From assembly GCA_950097015.1 (NCBI GenBank), contig CATNEN010000015.1:1922001-1986000 (forward strand): a stretch of 64,000 bases of DNA. The letters are read 5' to 3'. Below the pieces are notes generated by a model, which was given only the letters and a program-made list of their open reading frames with translations, had not been told where the DNA came from and did no database searches. This DNA is from Macrostomum hystrix (taxonomy: Eukaryota; Animalia; Platyhelminthes). Shown one piece after another: positions 9,164 to 21,009 of the stretch; position 1 is the stretch's first letter, and each line of letters starts with the position of its first letter. The position numbers and the translations under genes were made by a program.

Positions 9164-12100
9164 TTAGCTCCACAGCAGGTCGGCCACCAGGGCCAGGTGG
9201 TCGCTTGGGTAGCAACGGTTGGGCAGGGCGCTAAGCGGGTGAAGCTGGTCCAGCTGGGGCAGCGGCACGGTGCTGAGCAGCCCCAACTGACTGGCGTCGA
9301 AGAAGATGTGGTCCAGGTGACCGCTGAAGCCACCGGTGTAGTTCGTGAACGGCTGCGGCTCATAGGCAGCTGACAAAGACAGGCCGTGCTTCAGCTCCCG
9401 CCTGCGGCATTCGGTATTTGGCATTTGAGATCTTGGCCAGCATGAAGATGGTGGACTGCTCACCTTTCTAAGATCTCTACTCTGTCTTATCTTTCCTGTG
9501 TCTCATCTCTCCCGTCTCATCTCCCCTGTCTTATCTCTCCTCTGTCTCATCTCTCTCCTGTCTGATCTCTACCCTGTCTCGTCTATCGTGTATAAACTTC
9601 CTGTTTAATGACTACTGTGTCTTTGCTTTTGAACAGAAAAGTAGAAAGCTACGATAAACACCAGGAAACCTCACCTGTCAATCATTGCCTCGCGTCCCGG
9701 GCTGAACCAATCAGCGTGCTCGGCCGGCAGGGAGCCCCGGGTGGCCAGCCAATAAGGGCCTCGGTCGGGCGTACTGTTGAAGTCTCCAGCCAGGATGACA
9801 GCCAGCTCGCGGCCGCTGTCCGAGTACTCGCGCCTGAGACTGTCCAGATGATGCAGCACCAGGTAGGTCTGCAGCAGGCGGACCAGATTGGCAGGCGGAT
9901 GCCAGAACAGGTGAGTGGTGCACACGCACAGCAGTCTCTCGGGCTGACGCTTGCAGCGCAGAATCAGCACCTGGGCGCACTGGCCCCTCGGATTCCAGGC
10001 CTCGGAGAATTTGGCATTGGATCGAATGGCTGTGCTCAACCAGCTCAGAGACTCGCACGACTCCAGGTACTGATTTAGCGAGGCCAGGGACCGATCTTCA
10101 ACCAGATCGAAGCGGCTGAGCCGGTAGAACAATGCCACGCCCTCCTGGGTGGGCTTGCCGTCCTGGCCGAGTTTCATCTGGCTGCAGCCAACCAGTCCGC
10201 ATTCGTGTTCCAGGAACTCGGCCAGGCCGCCATTGCGAAACAGAGGCTCGTCAACCTCTTGAAGGGCCAGCAGATCGGCCTGGTAGCCGGCGAGCTCGCG
10301 AAAGATAAGGCACTTGCGGTAGGACATGGACAGATGGGCAGGGTCGCACCTGTTGGGTTTGGGGTTAAATATTGATTTCTAGGAACTCGTTTAACAGTAG
10401 AAATACCACACTATTTTGCCCCTGGGGCCTCACGATGGCTCCCAATCCGAGTGACCATTTTCGCGAAAGTCCACCATATGGATCAAATTGTTCCGCCCAT
10501 TTACGATGAACCAACTTTCAAAGCCGTCCGAAGTCAGCATCGTCGAGATATTCAGCGATTCTTATCGGAGACCCTGATGACAAGGACAGCTGACATTGCT
10601 CCGTATCAACTCTTTGGCGAATCCATATTGGTTGAAAAATGAAGAAAAAAATTTAATCAATCCAAAATAGTTGGGGTGTCGTGTCCCCATTATCAGGTGG
10701 ACGCCCTGATTGGCTGGTGGTTGGCGACCGTCGGCCAGGTGGTCAACACGAGGAAAACCGTTGTGCTTTGTGTCCCGGGTGACATCGAGGCCACGCCATT
10801 CGTTCTGTGAGGGCGTTCCTGCAGTCCGAGCCTCTACCTGATCGCCAGAGGGCGGCGCTGAACAACAACAAGACCTAGACACTGAAGGACTCGCTCGAAC
10901 AGCAAACAAAGGCATCATTGTTGACTATTTTGAATTGAATAAATTGTTTACTTTTAATTATTGAACCAATCTGGATTCGCCAAAGTGGTATACAGAGCAA
11001 CTTTAGCTGTCCTTGTCACCAGGAACTCCAACAAGAATTGCTCAATATCTCGACCATGCTGACGTCGAACGGCTTTGAAAATTAGTTCATCGTAAAGGCC
11101 GGAAAATGTTGATCCAGATGGTGGACTTTCACGAAAATCGGTCATTCGGTTGGGAGCCATCGTGAAGTAAGCAGTGGGAATTTGAAATGCCCCATTGTCT
11201 TTCCCGAGGGGTGGGCAATTGTGTGGTCTTAGACTATTAATATGAGCGTCGACGCTTGTGACAGTAGAGCGTGCCTCTGTACACGGTATCCACACAGTGG
11301 GTGCAATTCGATTCAGATTCAGACGCTCACCATGGAAACAGCTGATCCCTGGAGTAGTCAGAGTCGGCATACAGGTTAGCCAGCAGGTTGTAGGACACAA
11401 TCCGCACAGCTTCCGGTCCGGTTGGCGCGGCGGTGAAAGCGTGCCGAGTCGACACGTAGCTGTTGAGGCCGTCTGCAACTGGGCCGAAGGTCTGCTGGAA
11501 CTGCAAGCCGCCGCTATCAGACGCGTCGCCGCCGGGCACCGCAGTCAGGCGGACGAATGAGCCGGCGGAGTCGAATGGCAGCGTCGGGCACCGGGACCGG
11601 CTGAACTCCGACCAGCTCGGCTTCAACAGGTTGGGAGAAATCTCCCATAGGCGGCGACAGTCGGTGCAGGACTCGAGCTGCAGGTCGCAGTGGAGCGGGA
11701 AGCTGCTGAGAAGCTGGCTGGTGAGCTTACAGGACACAACCAGGCCTGGGTTGGACAGCAACTGGTAGCGAATAGCGCCGGAGTTCAGGGACAAGGTGTG
11801 CCCGGCGGAGAAGGCGTCGCCGCACAGGGTGGAATCGGGATCCAGGGGATTTCCCGAGCCATCGAGGATGACAGCGTCGTTGATGTAGCCGGGCTGGGAC
11901 TGCAGCTCAGCGTCTGGGATCTCCTCGGCTTCGCTTGGCTGCAGTTTCTGAGCTTTTCGCTTCAGTTTGGAACGAAACCTCGACTCCAGCTGGCCATTGA
12001 TGCTAGCCTGTATGGTTTTGCGAAATTTAGCCTACTATTAGTAGGTAGAAGAAGTTCAAAGACGTTTAGTATATTGGACTAGCAATTCGCAACCCCGAAC

Positions 12101-12512
12101 GGTAGTAAATGTTTTGGTTCTATTTCTTATTTTTGTTTGAATTTCATTCTGATTTAAAGTCACGAGCGTCGGCTTTGACCTGTTCGACTTGTTGGTAGTT
12201 AAAGTTCGTGTTTTGTCCTTTTCACATGAATTAAATGTAATGTTTGAAGCTGTGGATGTAGATTCAGCCACCAACCTGAATTCTGGCAAGTGTGACACGC
12301 AGGGTCTCCTCCTTGGCCCTGCTGAAGTTGAACAGATTGGGTCGCAGAGTGCAGCTGAGCTCAGAGCTTGGCTGTGGATAGGCCAGGCTCAGCTGCAGCC
12401 TGCACTCGTCTGTGTTGCGAATGAAGAATCGATCCGATGTGAGCAGCTGAGCTTCAATGACAGACTTGGCGGCAGTGCCAGTGCTAGTAGCCAGGGACAG
12501 AGTCCTCGCCAT
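9164..12512 (-). CDS. PDE12: 2',5'-phosphodiesterase 12 (CCR4/nocturin EEP-family deadenylase); exons 12512-12276, 12007-11331, 10349-9675, 9401-9164 (about 608 aa; an upstream exon is possible)
   Basis: Motifs RIVSYNLLANLYADSDYSRDQLFPWC, ADLLALQEVD, CTTHLFWHP, ILAGDFNSTP, FTNYTGGFSGHLDHIFF and YPSDHLALVADL. N-terminal FNFSRAKEETLRVTLARI. GT-AG junctions join in frame. The acceptor of the last exon could alternatively be about 9470. Confidence 0.92.
10395..10680 (+). mobile_element. piggyBac-like non-autonomous element, left part (PDE12 intron 2)
   Basis: TTAA|CAGTAGAAATACC start. Aligns along its length with 41375-41690. Confidence 0.65.
10700..10875 (+). mobile_element. RTE-like LINE fragment
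   Basis: CATTCGTTCTGTGAGGGCGTTCCTGCAGTCCGAG...GATCGCCAGAGGGCGGCG matches the minus strand of 63920-63990. Confidence 0.6.
10925..11236 (-). mobile_element. piggyBac-like non-autonomous element, second copy in inverted orientation
   Basis: The reverse complement aligns with 10395-10680 and 41375-41690. Bounded by TTAA at 11237-11240. Confidence 0.65.
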
Positions 12513-12603
12513 GGCTCTGTGACAGCCAGCTGTGCTTGAAAAGTTCAGCGTCTGTGGCAGTGGCGATAGTGCCAACTTCAGAGCTGGCGAGACAAATTTT
12601 CGC

Positions 12604-15452
12604 GAATGAGTTGAGAGCACCCTGATGATTCCTACAAAGATAAGCAATGATTTATGGCATGAATGAGTTGAGAGCACCCTGATGATTCCTACAAAGATAA
12701 GCAATGATTTATAGCATGAATAAGTTGAGAGCACCCTGATGATTCCTACAAAGATAAGCAATGATTTATGGCATGAATGAGTTGAGAGCACCCTGATGAT
12801 TCCTACAAAGATAAGCAATGATTTATGGCATGAATGAGTTGAGAGCACCCTGATGATTCCTACAAAGATAAGCAATGATTTATGGCATGAATGAGTTGAG
12901 AGCACCCTGATGATTCCTACAAAGATAAGCAATGATTTATGGCATGAATGAGTTGAGAGCACCCTGATGATTCCTACAAAGATAAGCAATGATTTATGGC
13001 ATGAATGAGTTGAGAGCACCCTGATGATTCCTACAAAGATAAGCAATGATTTATGGCATGAATGAGTTGAGAGCACCCTGATGATTCCTACAAAGATAAG
13101 CAATGATTTATGGCATGAATGAGTTGAGAGCACCCTGATGATTCCTACAAAGATAAGCAATGATTTATGGCATGAATGAGTTGAGAGCACCCTGATGATT
13201 CCTACAAAGATAAGCAATGATTTATGGCATGAATGAGTTGAGAGCACCCTGATGATTCCTACAAAGATAAGCAATGATTTATGGCATGAATGAGTTGAGA
13301 GCACCCTGATGATTCCTACAAAGATAAGCAATGATTTATGGCATGAATGAGTTGAGAGCACCCTGATGATTCCTACAAAGATAAGCAATGATTTATGGCA
13401 TGAATGAGTTGAGAGCACCCTGATGATTCCTACAAAGATAAGCAATGATTTATGGCATGAATGAGTTGAGAGCACCCTGATGATTCCTACAAAGATAAGC
13501 AATGATTTATGGCATGAATGAGTTGAGAGCACCCTGATGATTCCTACAAAGATAAGCAATGATTTATGGCATGAATGAGTTGAGAGCACCCTGATGATTC
13601 CTACAAAGATAAGCAATGATTTATGGCATGAATGAGTTGAGAGCACCCTGATGATTCCTACAAAGATAAGCAATGATTTATGGCATGAATGAGTTGAGAG
13701 CACCCTGATGATTCCTACAAAGATAAGCAATGATTTATGGCATGAATGAGTTGAGAGCACCCTGATGATTCCTACAAAGATAAGCAATGATTTATAGCAT
13801 GAATGAGTTGAGAGCACCCTGATGATTCCTACAAAGATAAGCAATGATTTATGGCATGAATGAGTTGAGAGCACCCTGATGATTCCTACAAAGATAAGCA
13901 ATGATTTATGGCATGAATGAGTTGAGAGCACCCTGATGATTCCTACAAAGATAAGCAATGATTTATGGCATGAATGAGTTGAGAGCACCCTGATGATTCC
14001 TACAAAGATAAGCAATGATTTATGGCATGAATGAGTTGAGAGCACCCTGATGATTCCTACAAAGATAAGCAATGATTTATGGCATGAATGAGTTGAGAGC
14101 ACCCTGATGATTCCTACAAAGATAAGCAATGATTTATGGCATGAATGAGTTGAGAGCACCCTGATGATTCCTACAAAGATAAGCAATGATTTATGGCATG
14201 AATGAGTTGAGAGCACCCTGATGATTCCTACAAAGATAAGCAATGATTTATGGCATGAATGAGTTGAGAGCACCCTGATGATTCCTACAAAGATAAGCAA
14301 TGATTTATGGCATGAATGAGTTGAGAGCACCCTGATGATTCCTACAAAGATAAGCAATGATTTATAGCATGAATGAGTTGAGAGCACCCTGATGATTCCT
14401 ACAAAGATAAGCAATGATTTATGGCATGAATGAGTTGAGAGCACCCTGATGATTCCTACAAAGATAAGCAATGATTTATGGCATGAATGAGTTGAGAGCA
14501 CCCTGATGATTCCTACAAAGATAAGCAATGATTTATGGCATGAATGAGTTGAGAGCACCCTGATGATTCCTACAAAGATAAGCAATGATTTATGGCATGA
14601 ATGAGTTGAGAGCACCCTGATGATTCCTACAAAGATAAGCAATGATTTATGGCATGAATGAGTTGAGAGCACCCTGATGATTCCTACAAAGATAAGCAAT
14701 GATTTATGGCATGAATGAGTTGAGAGCACCCTGATGATTCCTACAAAGATAAGCAATGATTTATGGCATGAATGAGTTGAGAGCACCCTGATGATTCCTA
14801 CAAAGATAAGCAATGATTTATGGCATGAATGAGTTGAGAGCACCCTGATGATTCCTACAAAGATAAGCAATGATTTATAGCATGAATGAGTTGAGAGCAC
14901 CCTGATGATTCCTACAAAGATAAGCAATGATTTATGGCATGAATGAGTTGAGAGCACCCTGATGATTCCTACAAAGATAAGCAATGATTTATGGCATGAA
15001 TGAGTTGAGAGCACCCTGATGATTCCTACAAAGATAAGCAATGATTTATGGCATGAATGAGTTGAGAGCACCCTGATGATTCCTACAAAGATAAGCAATG
15101 ATTTATAGCATGAATGAGTTGAGAGCACCCTGATGATTCCTACAAAGATAAGCAATGATTTATGGCATGAATGAATTGAGAGCACCCTGATGATTCCTAC
15201 AAAGATAAGCAATGATTTATGGCATGAATGAGTTGAGAGCACCCTGATGATTCCTACAAAGATAAGCAATGATTTATGGCATGAATGAGTTGAGAGCACC
15301 CTGATGATTCCTACAAAGATAAGCAATGATTTATGGCATGAATGAGTTGAGAGCACCCTGATGATTCCTACAAAGATAAGCAATGGTTTATGGCATGAAT
15401 GAGTTGAGAGCACCCTGATGATTCCTACAAAAATAAGCAATGATTTATGGAA
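12604..15452. repeat. Homogeneous 57-bp satellite (GAATGAGTTGAGAGCACCCTGATGATTCCTACAAAGATAAGCAATGATTTATGGCAT), about 50 copies
   Basis: Near-perfect tandem units; only sporadic TATGG>TATAG-type variants. Confidence 0.98.
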
Positions 15453-15554
15453 TGAACTGCAATAAAATTATATGCATATAAATGAGTTCTTTAATTAACA
15501 AATCGCCAATTTAACCAACTTGAGAGTCAGAACTCAAAAGACATTGCTGGCTAA

Positions 15555-15805
15555 CAGGAGGGTGAGTGGTTAATGCATTTGCCTCTTGCAACAAGGTCTC
15601 TGAGCTTGATTCTCTGGTGAGGCCACATTCATTTGGGGCACAGCCGCAGAGAGAAGGGGGCTTGTTGAGCAATTTACACTTTTGAGGGCCAACCACCAAG
15701 GCACAGTGAAATGTACATTGCCTAATGATAAGAAACTCAGGGTAGATGTACACACCCCTGTGTGAGTGTGTGCTTGCGTACAGTATCTGTATGTGTGTGC
15801 TTAGG
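15555..15805 (+). mobile_element. SINE family 2 (tRNA-derived), diverged copy
   Basis: Aligns to 24232-24480 (GAGGCCACATTCATTTGGGGCACAGCCGCAGAGAGAAGG...GAGGGCCAACC). Confidence 0.8.
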
Positions 15806-16327
15806 AAAAGAATTGATGTAATTCACACTATTCCCAATATCAACTTAGCTATTTAGGAACGAATTACTCTTTTAAGTGTAAAGCATAGAGTTGAAAATTA
15901 TAGCCAATAGATAAAATGTATTGTAACATTATATATATATATATGTATATATGCACAGTCAGTGATCTTTATGCAATTGTACAAACTCTTGACTGCTCAG
16001 TCTTATGATATAGCTGTCATAAATAATTGTTGAAAAATAAATTAGAAGGGAAAATTTATGTTTAGGTTGAGTAGGTTGAGAATAAAATATATTGAGCTTG
16101 CTCTTCACCAAAAGGTCAAACTTTTTAAGGTATACATACATAGAAAAAATATTAACTTTATAATAGTTTTGTTGCATTTATGTTTTACAATTATTTATCA
16201 ATGTAAGCATTTAAGAATGGAATCAAATTTGATAATAGCTAACAATAGCCAAGTTGTTTTTATGAATAGGCAAACACAGTCTAAGTACTGTGTTTGCTTT
16301 TGCTTTTCTTAATAATTATTATAATAA

Positions 16328-16620
16328 TTGATTACACCTGCCCCAATTGGGTCAGATGTGCAGCCGACAGCACAGCCGCAGCTAATGGGCGGCGCATCTG
16401 AAGGCTGTGTACAGCTGTTCAGTCCATGGACTGGGGGGATGCCATACCCACCTTCAATTATCCCAGCTGATGCTGGTACCCATTTAACAGCTGGGTGAAC
16501 TGAAGCAATGCAGAGTTAAGTGTCTTGCTAAAGGACACAAATTGTTCAGTGGAGTTGCAAATTGAACCCCCGACCTTCAAGTCGTGAGTTCGATGCCCTT
16601 ACCACTAGGCTACAACCTCT
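16328..16620 (-). mobile_element. SINE family 1, near full length: tRNA-like head plus CORE/Meta-like central domain
   Basis: Minus strand has an A-box TAGCCTAGTGG and a B-box GGTTCAATT, then GTGTCCTTTAGCAAGACACTTAACTCTGCATTGCTTCAGTTCACCCAGCTGTTAAATGGGTACC and a 3' end ending GCAGGTGTAAT. Six related copies or fragments in the window. Confidence 0.85.
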
Positions 16621-17850
16621 TTCTTAAATAATAGGACTATTTAAGGTATTGGTTAAAAAGCTTGGTTAAAATTAGTATTCTGAAACTAAGTTTTTTTACT
16701 TTTGTAAGATAAATAAAAAATCATTATTCATAACCATAGGCATTAGTCTTTAGAGCTGAAAATTTATTTTATATATCAACACATATATATATGGATATTA
16801 TGAAAATATACAAAAACTGACTAAGCTAAATTATATAAATAGCAAAATACACACAAGTTACAAAACACAACATGCTATGTTTCGAAACAATAGAGCTTAC
16901 CAATATCGCAAAAGAAAATATTTTTAAAGTGAATACAAAAGCGCATGACATGTTCTGCGATTCCGACACAGTCTAAGACGAGTAGATCGTAGACGCAACG
17001 AGTAGCTTGCGGACTGCTTCAAAATCGTCAATCATAACATTCTTGGAAAATAAGGATTTCAAAGTTTCACTTATATAGAACAAACAGTTTATTTTTATGT
17101 TCTTTGGCGTACAAGGACGTAAAAATGAAACTAGTTTTTGTGCTTTTAATTTTTAGTATATGAGGTTTAGTATAAAATCATAGCTATATATTTGAAGTAT
17201 TTAAAATAGAAATAAACAATTTATCCTCAAATGACATAAACGATGCACTCCACTCGAAACAACCAGTAAACAAGGACATCTAGAATACTAGGACAACCAG
17301 TATTCTAGATGTAAATGCCAGTGAATTAAAAAATACGTGTAGTTTAAGCTTTTTGAAATCTATTTACTGACTTTAGTGTTAAAAACTATGCAAATTAACC
17401 AATATACTTATTTCCGACTTTGGGACAAAGTTTTTCGCATCACAACATTTAGATTTTTATTTTCAATATAACCTGCAGTGTACGCCTGTGGGCAGGATTA
17501 TGGTCACGATTTACTGTAAAATTAAAGCTCTTTTGATGAAATTATACTATATTTTTGGTTCATAAGTGGTCCCTCCAGGCAAGAACACAACAAGCAGCTA
17601 TAGAAGAAGCAGTAGTACAGTACTCGCAAAAGACAGAAAAAATACATCGAAAAGTAATATCAAATTAATATGACATTTTTCGGATCTAGGCTTTCAAGTT
17701 CTTACGGACAAATAGAAGATACAAAAACATATTGGACAATCTCCAGTAGAAATATAATTCGAAAGTCATAACTTAGATTTAATTTGTACACAAATAAAAA
17801 ACGTTATGTACCGGTTCATTTCACGCCTTGTGACGTACGTATTTACATGA

Positions 17851-20259
17851 TTATATATCTTTTGCTAGCGCTTTGCACGACTCAAAGAATCCGCCACTGG
17901 CGTCATACTCCGTGCTGGTGATGAAGGCGTCCACTTTGCTCTGAAAGTCTTTGTCCAGAATCTTCTGCATTGTTGCGTCAACTTTGGGATCCGGGGCTGA
18001 CGGCTCCGACGGGCCGTTGATGCTGTTGAGCTGGCGGTCAACCTGGCTGTCCAGCATCTTGATCAGACCGCCCAGCTGATCTGAGGCTGCCGTGCGGGTC
18101 TTGGTCACAGACACGCTCACGGATTTGCTTTCGGATTTGCTCTCGGATTTGCTCTCGGTTTTGGTCTCGGATTTGCTCTCCGATTTGCTTTTGGATTTGC
18201 TCTCGGATTTGCTCTCGGATTTGCTCTCGGATTTGCTCTCGGATTTGCTCTCGGATTTGCTGACAGCCGCAGCCACGGAAATGGCTTCTTTTGCTTCAGA
18301 CTTCTCCTCAGCGGTTTTGCTCTCTACTTTGATGTTGTTCTCAGTCTTTGCGGTGTCTTCCTCCTCCGTCCTGACTTCCGCCTTCTGCTGCTCATCAACT
18401 TTGCTTTCGGCCTTGCTAACAGATGCTGAAAATGACACAGCCTTGATTTCTGCCTTTTGCTTGACATCTGCTTTGCTCTTCTCCTCGGCCTTGACCTCCT
18501 TCTTGACCTCGGCTGTGACCTCCATCTTGGTTTTCTCCTCGACCTTCGCTTCAGCTTTATTGACAGCCACGGCGACAGCCAAGCCCTTGCTTTCGGATTT
18601 CTGCTGCTCCTTCACTTCGACCTTCTTCTTTTCCTCGGCCTTGACATCGGTCTTGACCTCTGCTTTCACTTGAGTTGTTTTCTTCTCTTCGACTTTCGCT
18701 TCAGTCTTGCTGGCAGCCACAGCAATACCCAGAGCAAGGCCATTGCTTGCAACTTTCTGCCTTTCCTTAACCTCGACTTTCTGTTTCTCCTCGGTCTTGG
18801 CCTCGGCCTTGACTTCGAATTTCTTTTTTTCTTTAACTTTGACTTCAACCTTTTTCTCATCCTCGACTTTCTCCTCAGCCTTATTGATAGCCACGGCCAC
18901 AGCCAAGCCCTTGCTTTCTGCTTTGCGCTTCTCTTTCACTTCGACCTTCTGCTTCTCCTCGGCCTTGACCTCGGCCTTGACCTCGGCCTTTTTCTTCTCC
19001 TCGACCTTCGCCTCGGTGCTGCTCGCAGCCACAGACACACTAAGTGCCAGGCCGCTACTCTCCGGTTTCTGCTTTTCCTTGATCTCAGCCTTTACTTCAG
19101 CCTTATTCTTTTCTTCTACTTTGACTTCAAGCTTGTTCTTGTCCTCCGCTTTTGCTTCAGATTTGTTTGCTGCTACCGCCACCGCCACCGCCACGGCCTT
19201 GCTGCCCTCTTTCTGCTTCTCTTCGACCTTGACCTCGACCTTTGTCTTCTCCTCGGCATTGACATCCGCCTTGACCGCGACCTTCTCCTTCTCGGTCTGC
19301 TTCAGTTCAGCTTTCGCATCCGTCTTGGCCGCGGCAACAACAACCACAGCCTCCTTGACCACCTCCTGCCTCACCTCAACCCGTGGCGACTCGCGTCGCT
19401 CAGGCTGCAGAACGACCTTCTTCTCCTCCTGCACCTGGATGAGAGCCCCAGTCTTGTGCTGTACGATGGGCTCCAGGTGCTTACGCTGCTCAGCCTTCTC
19501 TGTGACCTGGATCACCGTAGCGTCTCTGGCCTGAGTCTTCTCCACCACTCGCCTGTCCTCCTGCTTCACTTCTTCAGCCTTCTGAGCTACGAGGACGGCC
19601 TCTGAAGTCTGCTCGACTGGCTCCAGAATAATCTTCCGGCCTCTGGGTGATAGGCGCTCGTTTCGCTGCTCGACAACCACCTGAGTCTCCTGCTTCTCGT
19701 GCCAGTTCTCATTGCCGATGCGCATCACCTTCCTACTGCCAGCCTTCTCTTCCTCCTGCTCGCGGATGACGGCGGCAGCGAGCACGGGCGGCTGGTTCTC
19801 GTGCCAGCTCTCGTTGCCAATCCGCATCTTCTTCCGGGTGCCGACCCGCCTGTCCAGCGTGTTGGCCTGCGGCGCGATCACCGTTCGCTGCTTCTCGTGC
19901 CAGTTCTCGCTGCCGACTCGCATGACCTTTTTAGTGCCGACAGTGTCTTCCTCGACGCGCTCCTTGACAGCAGCGGCCTGTGTCTCGTGCCAGTTCTCGC
20001 TGCCAACTCGCATGATCTTCCTACTCCCAACCTGTTCCTCGACGGGCTCTTCAACAACCGTCGTCTTCTTCTCGTGCCAGTTCTCGCTGCCGATTCTCAT
20101 TGTCTTTTTGGTTCCGGCGGTGTCTTCTACAGCTTCGGCTCGCTCGATCTCCGCCCAGGTGCCGCCCAGTCGCATCTTCTTCACGTTCGGATTGGCCACC
20201 TTGGATTGCGAGTCGGCCTGCGGGAGATACGCGAAGCAATTGTGAAACCCAAGCACTAA
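17851..20259 (-). CDS. Uncharacterised roughly 800-aa Lys/Glu/Val/Ala-rich repetitive protein (one large exon; 5' exon not located)
   Basis: 2.4-kb GC-rich open frame with protein-level (not DNA-perfect) repeats: five copies of (R/K)KxMR(I/V)G(S/N)E(N/S)WHE plus one degenerate copy, many AVAVA..K(A/T)EAKVEEKKK blocks, an (SESK)n run and a short non-repetitive C-terminus. Acceptor cctttag at about 20260. Confidence 0.8.
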   Translation of the reverse strand, partial: LVLGFHNCFAYLPQADSQSKVANPNVKKMRLGGTWAEIERAEAVEDTAGTKKTMRIGSENWHEKKTTVVEEPVEEQVGSRKIMRVGSENWHETQAAAVKERVEEDTVGTKKVMRVGSENWHEKQRTVIAPQANTLDRRVGTRKKMRIGNESWHENQPPVLAAAVIREQEEEKAGSRKVMRIGNENWHEKQETQVVVEQRNERLSPRGRKIILEPVEQTSEAVLVAQKAEEVKQEDRRVVEKTQARDATVIQVTEKAEQRKHLEPIVQHKTGALIQVQEEKKVVLQPERRESPRVEVRQEVVKEAVVVVAAAKTDAKAELKQTEKEKVAVKADVNAEEKTKVEVKVEEKQKEGSKAVAVAVAVAANKSEAKAEDKNKLEVKVEEKNKAEVKAEIKEKQKPESSGLALSVSVAASSTEAKVEEKKKAEVKAEVKAEEKQKVEVKEKRKAESKGLAVAVAINKAEEKVEDEKKVEVKVKEKKKFEVKAEAKTEEKQKVEVKERQKVASNGLALGIAVAASKTEAKVEEKKTTQVKAEVKTDVKAEEKKKVEVKEQQKSESKGLAVAVAVNKAEAKVEEKTKMEVTAEVKKEVKAEEKSKADVKQKAEIKAVSFSASVSKAESKVDEQQKAEVRTEEEDTAKTENNIKVESKTAEEKSEAKEAISVAAAVSKSESKSESKSESKSESKSESKSKSKSESKSETKTESKSESKSESKSVSVSVTKTRTAASDQLGGLIKMLDSQVDRQLNSINGPSEPSAPDPKVDATMQKILDKDFQSKVDAFITSTEYDASGGFFESCKALAKDI

Positions 20260-21009
20260 AGGTGACGAGGAGATTGAAACACAATGGCAGAACGAGACAA
20301 TTGGTTCCCTTAAGCCTAGCAATTCATTCGCATAATTTTAGTATCAGCTGGTCCACGGACACTAGAAAAAGCATTAGTTCTGCTGTTTTTAAAACCGAAA
20401 AAACAGTTCATGTGGAAACTGCAAAAAGCCTATTTTAAACGAAAGATGAAAATTGCAGGCAAAGTGGAATTTTTTCTCGGAGAATCAAAAAACAAGCCGC
20501 ACAGGCAGTCTTTGAGTCGCCAGAGAACTATAGTGCACTTTTTTCACCGCTGTTCCCAGCCTCTGCATCTTGGAAGGCCCGCGCAACCCCCCCATATTCT
20601 GGGAGCCGTTTGGTTTCCAAAGCAAGAGGAACAACTCAGACCTACCTCACTGCTTCAGCATGCATTGTTTTCCATGGGGACGCATGCCCTGGCAGTGGGG
20701 AAGCGAGCCACTCTCTCCCCGCCACAGCCATTGTGCAAACTCTTCCCGTCTTCCCCTGGAGTGGGATTTCGCAGTACTGCAGTACTGGAAGAAACACGGG
20801 AGAATTCAATTGAGAGTCGAGCGCAAGTGTGAAAACCGTGAGCTTTTCCTTAGTAACCACGTTTGTTTCAATTTGCTCGCTTATAAAGTTTAAGCATACT
20901 CGTACTTTTACCTTCTTTTGGTATTTGGCAATGCTTAAGCTTAAGCTTGAGGAACGATCATTACAATCATTACAGATTCCATCATATTAATACTGCTGGT
21001 ATAACATCT

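Noticed and set aside
12264-15440. 1058-aa ORF as a real protein
   Set aside because: It is a 57-bp DNA-perfect satellite read in a stop-free frame with a non-ATG start and no Met in the unit. Only the last 79 codons are PDE12 exon 1.
17277-17311. 13-bp inverted repeat CATCTAGAATACT...AGTATTCTAGATG
   Set aside because: A single short hairpin in AT-rich DNA with no second copy or context, such as a Helitron end, that I could confirm.
18092-20259. Plus-strand ORFs of 186-382 aa opposite the K/E-rich gene
   Set aside because: Antisense shadows of a repetitive GC-rich CDS.
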